Under the pieces are notes generated by a model. The model was not told where the DNA came from and did not search any database. It worked only from the letters and a program-made list of their open reading frames with translations. Source: Stegostoma tigrinum (Eukaryota). From it: a DNA stretch of 64,000 nucleotides. Where the stretch lies: positions 16,316,184 through 16,380,183 of the forward strand of contig NC_081359.1 of assembly GCF_030684315.1 (NCBI RefSeq). The letters run 5' to 3'. Each line of letters starts with the position of its first letter. The first letter of the stretch is position 1. Below are positions 42,415 through 55,209 of the stretch, one piece after another. The position numbers and the translations under genes are program-made.

Positions 42415-42540
42415 AGTTCCGAGGAAGGGTCACCGGACCCGAAATGTTAACTCTGTTTTTTCCTTCACAGATGCTGAGCTTTTCCAGCAACTTTGTTTTC
42501 ATTCCCGATTTACAGCATCCGCAGTTCTTTCAGTTTTTAA
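42415..42540 (+). mobile_element. Single-arm family B Penelope terminal fragment with hammerhead-like core
   Basis: AGTT-CCGAGGA-A-GGGTC-ACCG-GACCC-GAAA-TG-TT-AACT, inserted into a CR1 tail. Confidence 0.82.
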
Positions 42541-43254
42541 CTTCTGTTCCTGTTTCACATGGCCTTGCTTCAGACAAGTGGAATCTGTCACAACAGTTTT
42601 ACTAATCTTGAAGGGGATATGTCTATGTAGATCCTAGGTCCAATTTTCCAGATCATATGCTCAGTATAAATTTTTTAGATTAATGATCTATCATAATGAT
42701 TAAACATCAGCCTCCATTTAATATCAGGCATTTAATACCCAATAGCCTAGTCATTTTAATTTCACAACAAACAGCGTGACTAGCAAATTCTCTTTCATTT
42801 TTCAAGTGAATTATTCAGTCCTCAATACAAGAAATTACATAGAATTATATAGAATGAATATCATTAGAACAGACCATTCAACTCAATTATTCCCTGTAGG
42901 TCCATATGAACTTCCCTCCTGTCCACCTTCATCCTATCCCTTTATTGTAACCAGTTTCCTCCCATCTCATGACTATCCAGCTTCCCCTTAAGTGCATCTG
43001 CCTTTAAGTATTGTAATTGTACAAGCCTTCTCCACTGCCTCTGGCAATTCATTCAATACAGGCACCACCCTGTGCGTGAAAACGTTGCACCTTAGATTGT
43101 GGTAGTGGTAGTGGGGATTAGTAGTGAGTTCTGTTTTCTCACCAATTTGCATTTCTAATAAAATTTGGAAATGACCGCTGCTGGTCTAGACAGCAGTTCT
43201 GTATTTAAGGGCATAGGAACGGTTTGAACCAGTACCAGTCATCTCTCTGTCTTT

Positions 43255-43478
43255 GAGATAGTAGGAACTGCCGATGCTGGAGTCTGAGACAACAAGGCAT
43301 AGAGCTGGATGAGTACAGCAAGCCAGACAGCATCAGAGGAGCGGGAAAGCTGACGTTCCAGGTCTGGGCCCTTAGTCAAGGAAAGAGTCCTGAGGAAGGG
43401 TCTAGACCTGAAATGTCAGCTTTCCTGCTCCTCTGATGCTGCCTACCCTGCTGTGTTCATCCAGCACTACACCTTATT
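43255..43478. mobile_element. Penelope-derived hairpin element, family A, older subfamily
   Basis: TSD atctctctgtcttt (43241-43254 and 43479-43492); the + strand at 43390 reads CTGAGGA-A-GGGT-CTAG-ACCT-GAAA-TG-TC-AG. Confidence 0.87.
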
Positions 43479-44029
43479 ATCTCTCTGTCTTTTACTGGTT
43501 TCTCCTCTCTGTGTAGAAGTTTCTTGTAATACCTGCATTAGTTTTATTAATGATTATCCTGTATTAATTGCCTTAGTTTTAGATTCTTTATTGAGTGGAA
43601 ACTTATTTTCCATGTCTTTTTTGAGGCAGGAAGCCCCAAATTGTTTAATTTTTCCAGTAAGTTTTAAGCTCTCAATCCTGCCATATCATTTCAATTTTTC
43701 TTTGCACCTTCTTGAATGTCTAAAACAGGGAGCAGAGCCGAGCGGAATTGTCTCCCTGCACAGATGGATTTAGTCACTTCCACTTCACTGAAACAGAAAC
43801 CTTTCAAATGCTGGCTAAGAATAAGTAACATTTTAAGAGCGATGAGAAGAAATTGCTGGACTTTGCCACAGCCTGCTTTGAGAGAATCCAGACTGCCCAA
43901 ACATGTCTTCGAGTTAAATCTGACAGAAGGTTCCCCAGTGTTCTTAATAATTACAGCAATTCTGCTCCATTCAGGACTATTTGAGAAAATTAGATAGACT
44001 GATAGATGATGCTTGAATAATGTTTATAA

Positions 44030-44224
<195 letters not shown>

Positions 44225-44557
44225 TAAAATTTGCCTTCATTTCCTCTTCAAAAAGAAATTGCACTTCTGCACTGTCTTTTGCAATCTCTGGTCATCCCAA
44301 ATTGCTTTCCATCTAAGGCTGGATACCTTGAAGTATGGTGACTTGCAATTTAGGAAAAGTGGTAGTCAATATGCACACAACAGACTGCTACAGATAGGTA
44401 AAGTGGTAATGACAAAGTAACCAATTTTTGATGCCGTTCCAGGGATTAGCCTTAGTTAAAAACGCTTGGATATGAGCCCTAATTCTTTAGATTGGAGCGG
44501 GTTAGATCTTTTACATCCATATGAGAGGGCCTTGGTTGAAGGATTCATCTTAAAGAT

Positions 44558-44653
44558 GAAACAAAAACAGAATTGCCAGAGAAGCTCAGCGGGTCTGGCA
44601 TCATCTGTGGAGAGAAAACAGAGTTTTGGGTCCGGTGACCCTTCTTCAGAACT
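44558..44653 (-). mobile_element. Single-arm family B fragment inserted in a decayed Deu-domain SINE (about 44330-44780, - strand)
   Basis: The - strand reads AGTT-CTGAAGA-A-GGGTC-ACCG-GACCC, then is degraded. Confidence 0.75.
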
Positions 44654-45799
44654 AAAAGGCACACTCTCTGACAGTGCGGCATTTTTCTGGAGGGGTGGTC
44701 TGGATCGCAGGCTCTGAAGTGGGACTTCAACACGCGCGTAACCGTTTCACACTGAGACGAAATGTTACCCCCGAGCCTCGGCTCACACTGCAGTTCATCA
44801 AAATTCTGCCCATTGACATGTTCTGCAAACTCATTCTGTAATTTCTGAGATACTCCTTCCCAATTCAAAAAGTCAGTTGCTGGGAAAACAGGATGCTGCA
44901 ATTACTATCATGTTTCAGGTTAAAAAAGACAAAGAAATGTAGAGAGTGTACTTCTTTAATTGTTCTTTGAAAATTCCCTTGGGAACTCATCTCATAAATT
45001 CCATAATTATTAAAAAGAGGAAAAAAAATCTTGCACCTTTTAAGCAATGTTGCTGACAAAGCCTTAAAAACAAAACAAGTTGTCAAGACTGGAAAATGCA
45101 AAGTTAAGAATTACTCATTCTTTTCCTGCCTCCTTCCCATGATAGTAATTTGCTTTCCAGAAATAATTTTCATAAGAACAACTCAGCATCTGTGGCCATA
45201 ATTAGAAGCCCCGTGTCAAGTATTTTGAGAGTGAAATCAAATTTCTAACTGGATATACTCCTCACGTAGAAAAGTAGCCATACTAATTCGAAACTGAAAC
45301 AAGGCTTCCAGGCAACCCACTTAATAACCTGCCTTAAATTAAAAACACAGAATATGCTGGAAATACTCAGCAGATCAGGCAACATTTGTGGACAGAGGAA
45401 AAATAAATTTGCCTTTCTAGAAACAGAAAGGGGAGAAAGAAACGAAAACAGATAATGTTTTCCATTTCTGTAACAACTTTTACAATCTCTACTCATCCAA
45501 AGATTTTTGCAAGTATCTTTTTTGTTGTTGCTGAATCAGCATTTATTGCAAATCCTTCGATATCCTTAAAAAGATGGCCATGAGCTGCCTTCAGGCGCTG
45601 CAGTCCATATGGTGGGACTTATCTATAATGGTTTGACGCAGTTGAGAAACTGGCTAGAACATTTCCAATGAGCACTTAAGATTTGGAATAATGTTTGGGC
45701 TGAGCTCAATAAGGGCCACAGATTTCCTATGTAATGGAAAGGAGCCAGATGGGATTTTACAACAAGCTGGTAGCTACACAATTTTAATCATTACTGAGA

Positions 45800-46840
45800 C
45801 TAGAAACATAGAATATAGGAACAGGAATAGGCCATTCCACCCCTTGAGTTTGCTGCACCATTCAATATAATCATGGCTGATCATCAGGCTCAACATGTTA
45901 ATCCCACCCTTCCCCATATCCCTTGATACCTTTAGCCACCTTTTGCCCCTTCTTGTAAACATATAATATTTTGGCCTCAGTTATTTTCTGTGGTGATGAA
46001 TTTCACAGGCTCACCACTCTCTGGGTGAAGAAATTTCTCCTCAGCTGAGTCCTAAAAGGTGTACCCCTTATCTTTAAACTATGACCATATTTCCAGACTT
46101 CCCCACCATTCGGAACATCCTTCCTACATCTAACCTGTCTATCCTGGTAGAACTATATAGGTTTCTATGAGACCCCCATCACTCTTCTAAACTCTGATGA
46201 ATACATCCTAACTGACTCAATCTTTCCCTATTCATTAGTATTGCAATCCAATTAATCAATTCAGTAAACCTTGACTGCACTCCCTCTGTAACAAGAACAC
46301 CCTTCCAAGACTGAATAAGACAAACAGCACACAATATTCCAGGTGTGGTCTCACCAATGCCCTGTATAACTGCAGCAAGACGTCCTCGATCCTCTCACTA
46401 TGAAGGCCAATATACCGCTCGCCTTTTTTACTGCCTGCTGCACCTTCATGCTTACTGCACCTGGTTTGCAAGAACACCCAGCCTCATTAAACATGCCCCT
46501 CCCCCAATTTACAGCCATCCAAATAATAATCTGCCTTCCCATTTCAGCAACCAAAGTGGGTAACCTCATATTTATCCTCAGTATACTGCATCTGCCATGC
46601 ATTTGCCCACTCACTCAACCTGTCCTAATCACACTGCAACATTTCTGCATCCTCCATACAGCTCACCCTTCCACCTAGCTTTGTGTCATCTGAAAATTTT
46701 GAGATATCATATTTAGTTCCGTCATCTAAATCAGTAACATATATACCCACTACAGCCCCACTAGTCACTGCCCAGCCATTCAGAATACAGGCCTCTGTTT
46801 CCCATCTGCAAACCAATTTTCTGACCATCTCAAATCTCAC
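45800..46840 (-). mobile_element. CR1 LINE 3' fragment
   Basis: ORFs with ISKFSDDTKLGG, VKKASGILAFI and LYRALVRPHLEYCV. Confidence 0.9.
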
Positions 46841-48269
46841 CTGGTAACCTTCATAAGAAGCACCTTGCAGCATTTAATTGCATTAAATTTTACTCCTAGA
46901 GATTGGCACAGCCAGCAGATCATTTCATCGACCTGAGAGGACAGATGGGGCCCTTTTAGCATTTCAGATGGCAGTGCACAACTCCCTTGTTACAGTGCTG
47001 GGTGTCAGCTTAGATTACACATTCTTAAATTGTTCCGCATGGGCCCGATCATGTCATTCCTGGGCCATCTGTGAGCAAGCATCTGGGACCAAGAGATGCC
47101 GGCACAGGAATTCCTCTGTCTCTCCAAACACAGTGCATCCATCGCCTGTCCCAGAGGGATACACGTGCTGAGCACAGCTTGCCTTTGTAAATGCACAGTG
47201 ATTAGTTAGTGAAGTGCTCCTCATGACAAACCACTAAAGTGCTTTTCAAACTGCGCAACCTTGAATTCTGCTCTGCCTGGGATTCCCATCAGCATTGTAG
47301 CTACTGAACAAACTATGTTCATTGAAATATCACTGGTTATTATGGTGCATACAATTCTTAAGTGAGTACTAGAAGCTTGTTACAGAAATAGTACATGGAT
47401 TTTGCAAGTGTTCTGTTGCATGCAATCAATACTGAAAGAAATTAGGTTAATTCCACATATAAATCATTGTACATTATGCATTAAACTACTCACCATTTAG
47501 GAACAATTTTGTACTTAATAAATACATATTTTTATGATCAATGGTTAATTAAGCAGATTTAAAGTATAAATATTTGATCAGTTGTTGAATTTCTTAATGT
47601 CCATCACCAATTTGGAAACACACTTGTTCCTCAACCACCATCACTAAGATACAAATGATCTGGTCATTATTGCCTTACTGTTTGTCGGACCTTACTGTGT
47701 GTACAATGGCTATGGTGTTTCCTAAATTTCAAAGTGGCTACTCTTGCAAAGTATTACAATAGCAGGGAATATAAATTAAAGCTACTGCCTTCAGGTGTAA
47801 ATTAGTAAATGTGAGATTCTGTGCAGACAGAAATGTTGCAATTTCCATTCAACCCATTATAGACCAGAGAAAGGTTTGGAACTGATGGTGAGAGTGCTGG
47901 CCGTTGTCATCAGCTGTTCCACTTTTCCATTTTTGACTAACCCTCTTGTGTGCCACACTCACACACAGAAATGCTGTCACCACTGACACAGTGGTGTCTA
48001 ATAGGCCGTCTTACAGTCTCCCCTGCTGCCTCGCCTTCCTGACTTCAATCCTCTCACCATCCTTTGTCAGACAATGATGCCTCTTAATGAGGCACTGCCC
48101 ATAAAATTACCCTGGCACGCTGCTGCTGCAAATGGGGCCAGTGCCCACAAATGGTCCCAAATGTTTTCAAAGCTCTGAAGTTTCAGCCAATGTAAGAAGA
48201 TTGGTAAAAACATCTCAGATTGTGGCATTAGTGGAGGGAGTTTATTCCTGCTGCTGTTTGTGTTGTGCA

Positions 48270-48640
48270 GATTATTACATGACCGAGAAAATAAAAACTT
48301 GTAATTTTGTGAGTATTCATGATGAATAAGATGAATTTACAGCTCACAGGAAGAAAGAATCAGTTGAGTTGAATTTAAGGATTCGAGAAGTGGGGTAAAC
48401 TTTCTAGATTTGACTGCAGAGCGATGGTGCTGAGGAATCGGTGAAGACTTCAGTTTTATTTTATTGTTTTTGTTTTATGTAACAAACTCATGTTTATTGT
48501 TGAAGAAAATCTGCAGCCCAGTGTGTTTGTGTTTCAGTGAATGACAATCACATTAAAACAAACAAAATATATAATCTGTCAACCCAGATTTCATTCTAGG
48601 ATCTAATGTGTCCATCAATAAAATAGCTGAGATTATAACA
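48270..48640 (+). mobile_element. LTR fragment related to the LTRs of the Gmr1-like element
   Basis: Shares gaatcagtt, tttcagtgaat, ccagatttca..ggatcta and the terminal gattataaca with 51465-51785 and 61300-61616. Confidence 0.55.
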
Positions 48641-49097
48641 TAACATCATAGGAACAAGTCCCACATTCTCATCACTCACTGTGTAATGAGGTTTCTCTTA
48701 AAATTTACATTAAAATTATTCTTCAGTTAATGAATTGATAAAGTCCCCTTTTTGTTTGCATAATTTATGTATGAAACTATTTATTTTTTGCTGACTCTGC
48801 CTCAATGAAGAATCTAGGCTTAATTCTTGGCTTTAAAATTCCCAAAAATCTTGCTAACAGGAGTATGTTTCATAAGTTTTAGGATATATGCTTGGTGATT
48901 TCCTTCCTGAAAATCGTATGAAGACAACTGTCCTGATTGTGAAACTGCAATTTTGAACCGTATTTAATCTGTAAAACCTTTCTCATATCAGCATTAAATT
49001 TAAGAACAGCTTCCCCAATCAGTCTCTCCTGCCCAGAAACAACAAGAGTGAAGTTCATTTATATTTTAACATGGTAAAATAGCTAGAATAATTAGAT

Positions 49098-49184
49098 CAG
49101 AGAGAGCTTTCTGAAGAAGGGCCCAGATCCTCTGATGCTGCTTGGCCTGCTGTGTTCATCCAGTTCTACACCTTGTTATCTCTG
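49098..49184 (+). mobile_element. Deleted single-arm family A remnant
   Basis: ctgaagaagggcccagatcc joined to tctgatgctgcttggcctgctgtgttcatccag; flanking repeat ataattagat. Confidence 0.75.
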
Positions 49185-49881
49185 GGATAATTAGATGCCT
49201 GTTTTTGACTGGGGTAGGCTTGATGAGCCAAAGGGTCTTTTTCTGTGCAACAGAAGACTCAGTGTATGATTAAAACATTCCAAAGCTTCAACGAGATTTG
49301 GGAGGTGGGTGTTCCCAAAGATTACTTGAAACCTGTCACATCAGAAGATATTTGGGCAGGTGACCTGGATCTTGTTAAGAGACGTAGGACTTGAGTAATG
49401 GCACAAAAGTGATTGGGAGGTTTAGAGAGGGGGCTCAAATGTGTTGGTTCAGACAGCTGAAGGCAGGGTTGCTAATAGTGGAGCAGTGAAAAATGGAGAT
49501 ACTCTGAGAGTTGTCAGACCAGAGGTGGTCACGGAGATGGCGATAGGAAGACTCTGAAGGAATACATTACAAAGATAAACATTATAAAATTAAGACGTGG
49601 CTGGACCAGTTTCAGTGTAGCTCAGTGAGCATGGGTGATAGGTGAATGTGATATGTTGTGAATTGATGACCTTAGACTTAGTACCAGTGGAGGGATGGAC
49701 AAGTGAATATTGAAATGGTAGTGTTTAGAGGGAACAAAACTGTGAGTTGGGGGGCAGGGGGTCTCAACAGCAGATCAGTTGAAGCGAGCACTGATGGGGG
49801 GATGTTACACAAGTGCGAACAATGTTCATAGGGAGCACCACCCTGGCCCAGTATTTCTCAGGCGGTGCCCACTGGACCATG

Positions 49882-50225
49882 GATAACAAAGTGTGAAGCT
49901 GGATGAACACAGCAGGCCAAGCAGCATCTTAGGAGCACAAAAGCTGACGTTTTGAGCCTAGACCCTTCATCAGAAATGGGGGATGGGGAGAGGATTCTGA
50001 AATAAATAGGGAGAGAGGGGAAGGCAGACCGAAGATGGATAGAGGAGAAGATAGGTGGTTGCAGTCGGAGAGAGATCCCCTGAGGTTGGTCCGGAGGGAG
50101 CAGGATAACTTCTTCAGGTTAGGCATCCTGGAAGAGGCTTCGCAGTGAGGTTAAAATTGTGACCAAAGATAATGGGAACTGCAGATGCTGGAGAATCCAA
50201 GATAACAAAGTGTGGAGCTGGATGA
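49882..50225 (-). mobile_element. Non-autonomous family A Penelope derivative: a 319-nt unit plus 25-nt terminal direct repeat (retrozyme-like)
   Basis: Direct repeat gataacaaagtgtg(a/g)agctggatga at 49882-49906 and 50201-50225; TSD tgcccactgga(c/t)catg at 49866-49881 and 50226-50241. Confidence 0.85.
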
Positions 50226-53200
50226 TGCCCACTGGATCATGCCACCCATTCCAAACACATCTGGTTGCTGGGAAGTCAATCCATTCACTTTTTGTGGGTG
50301 GATTAAAACAATAGAGAGATTGAAGTAAAATCATTCAATTTCTCCATTTTTCTAATTGATTTCAAGCAATAGACATAATCTGTGCACTGGGTGGCGGGAC
50401 GGGCATTGTGGTAAAATCACTGGACTACTCCAGAGGCCAAGGTTAATTCTCTGAGAACTTGAGTTCAAATCTCACCATGGCAGCTGATGAAATTTCAATT
50501 CAGTTAATTAAATCTGGAGTTGAAATTAGTCTCAGTCATAATGACCATGAAATTATTATCAATTGGTTTCAAGAACCAATTGATCACTAATGCTCTTTAG
50601 GAAAGGAAATCTGCTGTCATTACCTAGTGTGATTCATGTGTAGCTTTAGATCCACAGCAGTGTGGTAGACTATTAACTATCCTCTGAAATAGCTGAGACT
50701 CAACCAACTATAATTATGTAAAAAATTTATATAATTTATAAAAATAATAATTCCTATAATTTATAAAAAGGATAACTAAAGACTATTTCTCTGAATGCAA
50801 ATAGCATTTGAAACAAGACAGACAAACTGAGAACACAAATAGAAATGAATAAGTACAAACTGATAGCCATTTCACAGCCTTGGCTGCAAGATGACATGGG
50901 TTGGGACCAAAATTTTTGAAGGGTGCAAGAATATTTAGGAATAGGAAAGCCAGGATAATATGGAGAGGTGCCTTTGTTAGATAATGATGATCGTAGCACA
51001 AAACGAGAGAAGAAACAAAGTCTGGAGAGCAAATTCTGGAAACCATTTGGGTAGAAGTAAGAATAATAAAGGCAAGTAGACATTGGAGTGGTGTCCAGGC
51101 CCTGAACAGTAAATACACAGTAGGCTGGAGCATAAAGAAATAAATCATGAGATTTTAACAGAAAAGTATAGCCATAATCGTGAGACATATATCTACATAG
51201 ACTAGAAATGCCAGATGGGTAAAGTTTGCCTAGATGTGTTCATAGAATGCTTTCAGAATTTAGAGCATGACTTGGAACTAGAGAATAGGCAGTACTAGGC
51301 CTGATATTGTGCAGTGAGATAAGGTTAATTAATGAGCTCATGGTGAAGGCATAATAAGATTGAATTATACTTTCAGTTTGAAGGAGAGAGGAATGGATCC
51401 AAGACAATTTTGTAAATTTTAAATAAGTGACATTTGTGCAAAAATATTTCACAGCAAATAATCGCCTGGAATCAGTTAAGTGCTACTTACCTATTTGACG
51501 TAAAGGGTACGTTCTCTGGATTTAAGTCTCTGTAATGGATAGTGTCGTGAAAACGGGATGTGATATTGTTTCGATGTCTGTTTTAAGATCTTTCAAACTC
51601 TGCTGTAAATTTAGATAGATTTGTTTGTTTTGTTTTTGTTCAAGAATAAAAGCCTGTTAAACAGTTTAGGTTTTGTGATTGTTTCAGTGAATAACCACCT
51701 CATTAACTAAAATAAAGAAGACGCAATCTATGAGGCCAGATTTCAGGGTCTGACTTATGTAATAGTACAATTAGTAGTGATGATAGTGAGTGCTGTTGCC
51801 AGGATTGAAATTCATTGAAAAAGTAATAGATGTGTAGAGGAGCTGAATGTGTTTTGTGAATCCTTTTGAACGTATTGGGTTTTCAAGGTGGCTTTGAATG
51901 TTGCTAAGCATTTTATAGGAGCAGAAGACGCACTATAAATCATTTGAAATTTTTGATTAAGGCTAACTTGAAAGTTGAATCTTGTAAAGAAGGGATGCTG
52001 AAAGTGATTATCCAAAATTTGGAGTTAGAAGTTAAACCTGAAAATAAGATGTCACAGCTAGATCTAGCTAAAACATAGTTAGTAATGAAAGGACTTGAGT
52101 TGGAGGAAAAAGTGAGAGAAGGAGAAATGAGGAAAAAAGAGTTTCGAAATAACAAAGCTTGAACAGGAGTGGAGGTGGAATTGAAGTTTTGAACTGAAGA
52201 GACAGGCAAAATAGGTAACAGGATTTTGCCAGAGAAAAGCGTAGGGAAGAAGGAAAGCCGCGGTAGTAGCTAAGAAGATGATTCTTATGCCAATGACATT
52301 TTGCTTTAACTTAAAAGCTACATCAAGAGCCTAAATATACTGAGAATACAGTCAAACAGTATTTTACCACACTTGGACAGGTAGCTGTGACGTGCTCTGA
52401 AAGCTTGTGATTTCACATAAGCTTGTTGGAATATAACCTGGTGTCATGTGACTTCTGGAAAGGCAACTGAGCAGATAACGAGGCCAAAAAATCTTTGAAT
52501 CCCAGCCTCAATGTTAAGTGTGTTTTGACCGGTATAGCTGGCCGTGTACACTACTTTGTTTGAAGAACAATCTGTAGATTATGAAACTGTTACAAAAGCA
52601 ATCCTCAATCCATATGAGCTCACACCTGAAGGTTATCAATTAATATTTAGAACTACAAAAAAGAAATCTGATCTGACCTTTGTCAAATTTGCAAGAGAGA
52701 AAAAAATGCTGCAGGATCGGTAGTCTTAATCACCTGAAATTAGAGATAAAATTGAGAATATAAAGGAAATTATGATTATGATAGAATTCAAAAATGGCAT
52801 TCCTGAAAATCTAAATATGTATTGAGAGGTGATTTAAGCATCAAAGATCAGAGAAGCAGCGTTTCAGGCAGATAACTATGATATCTCTCACAGACAGTTA
52901 CGAGTGGGGAGATGACCATTGGAGAATTCACCAGGAAAGTGGAGGAATAAAAAGTCTGCAGATGGAAGAAATACTAGTTTTAGGGAACAAACAGAATAAT
53001 ACCAAAGTAACAAAGTAGAAACCAAAAAGTAATACAAAGAAAATAACATACTTGCATGGACATGCCAAAGCTAGTTGCTGGATATTAGAGATTGCAGTGG
53101 TAGGGATGCATTAAGGAATGCACAGAAAAGAGGGCATGCAGAAAAGAAATAAGCATTAAAACAGTGTAGTGGTACAAACAGAATGTGAACATATTAAGAA

Positions 53201-53749
53201 CGGAGAGGTGACTGAGGACAGTCATGAAACTGTTCTTTTAACATTGATAAAGGGAATGACCACTAGAGATTCTGAATATTTTATCGCAACAGGAAAGTTA
53301 TTTCATTATGCTCCAAATCAAAAAAGTAAACCAATAAAGATGTCATGACATACCGGAGCAAGTCAGTTATTGATGATACCATTTGTCTTCCACAGAAGTT
53401 AATGTAAGAGAAAATATTAATCAGACATAAGCAGGAAGGTCTCAAACCAGGTCCATTACATAGTTGTATTAAAAAGTGATTTAATGAATGGTGAATTTGT
53501 GGTTGGAATAATGAAACAAATCCCTAGGGCAGATATTGATTTTATCTTGGGAAATGGTTTGGCTGATTCAGAAATAATTGGCCTCACTGAGTGTGATAAA
53601 AGTACTTACAGTTGAAGTAAAAAGACTGAGATGCCACAGAAGGAATATCCTGGATTACTTCCTAACTGATGTAATGAGATCTTGAGGACAGTAAAATTAC
53701 ACAGGAAGAAGAGGAGCCTGTGAGAAGAGAGATGGCTTGGAACTTCAAT

Positions 53750-54130
53750 CATAGGAGGTTGAGGAGTGATCTTATTGAAGGTTATAAAATTATGAGGGGC
53801 ACAGATAAGGTGAATGAAAAGGCTGTTTTCCCTAGGGTGGGGAGTTCAAAACTTGGAGGTGTATTTTTAAGGTGAGAGGAGAAAGAACATGAGAGGGCAT
53901 TGTTTTTACGCAGAGAGTGGCTCTGTGGAATGAACTTCCAGAGGAAGTGGAAGATGCAGTTTCAGTTACAGGATTTAAAAGACATTTGGATAAGTACATG
54001 AATTGGAAAGGTTTGGAAGGATATGGGCCAAACGCAGGCAGGTGGGACAAGTTTAGTTTGGGAATATGGTCAGCATGGACTGGTTGGACCAAGGGGCCTA
54101 TTTCAATACTGTATAATTCTGTGGCTCTAA
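53750..54130 (+). mobile_element. CR1/HER1 3' fragment nested in the Gmr1-like element
   Basis: ORF 53917..54177 LWNELPEEVEDA..FKRHLDKYMNWKGLEGYGPNAGRWD. Confidence 0.9.
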
Positions 54131-55209
54131 AGGTGAAGAGAATGAGGTTGACATGTTTAACTCACCCTCTTGAATAGAAATACAACAAAGGGATCCTGAG
54201 TTGAACAATTATACCAGGCAACCTACTTCAAAATTGAACCGGAAACAATACCTGAATGTTTGCACTTCAAAGACAAATGCTAATGAGAAAATGGAGACCA
54301 CTTCAAATACCAGCTGATAAAGAAAAAGCAGTAGTCTATCAGGTGGTAGTTCCCTCTGAATATCTTAATGAAATCTTACAAGTAGATCACAAATCCCACA
54401 GCTGGTCACTCGGGTATTAGGAAAACGTAGGTTAAAATATTAAAATCTTTTTCATGTAGATGTTATATAATGTGATAACAATATTGCCTAATATGGCATA
54501 ATGGGGAAACCTCATCCATTAATTAAACCTGTGGCTTTAATCTCAGTACCTGCTTTTGAAGGATCAATTTAGCAGGGTCTTAACAGATTGTGTAGGTCCC
54601 CTACCTAAAACTAACAATGAACATCAGCATCTTCTAACAATTACAGATGTTTCAGCAAGATTTCCCAAAGCAATGCCTTTAGGAAAAATCAATGCAAACA
54701 ATAGTAGTGTTAAGGTTCTATCAGTTTTTTTTTAACAAGATATAGATTACCCAAAAAAATCAAAGTTCAAATTTTGTCACAAATATTCAAAGAAAAGATG
54801 GTTTGTTTAAGAATAAAGCAATTTCCATCCTTTGCTCATCACCGGTAATCTCAAGGTGCATTGGAAAAATGGCATCAAACTTTGAAGACCTAGATTTGAA
54901 CTTATTGTTGAGAATCCCCCGGTGATTACGATAAAAGAATTTGTTAGTTACTGTCTGCCATTAGGGTGCTCCTAATGCGTCCATAGGCTTCAGTAGTTTT
55001 ACGCTGATGCAGAACATGAGGTGATCTCTTAAAGATCACTTAAAGAAAAAACCGAAGCTCATAGACTGCATTTACAGCCTATGTTTTAAGCTACAGGGAG
55101 AAACCAAACAAAGTATGTAAGTTCGCCAAAAAGTAGTTTGAGTCCTCATGAACAGTGAGAAATACAGCAAATAAAAAGGCCTGAGTTTGAAATATTTCAT
55201 TTAAAATTG

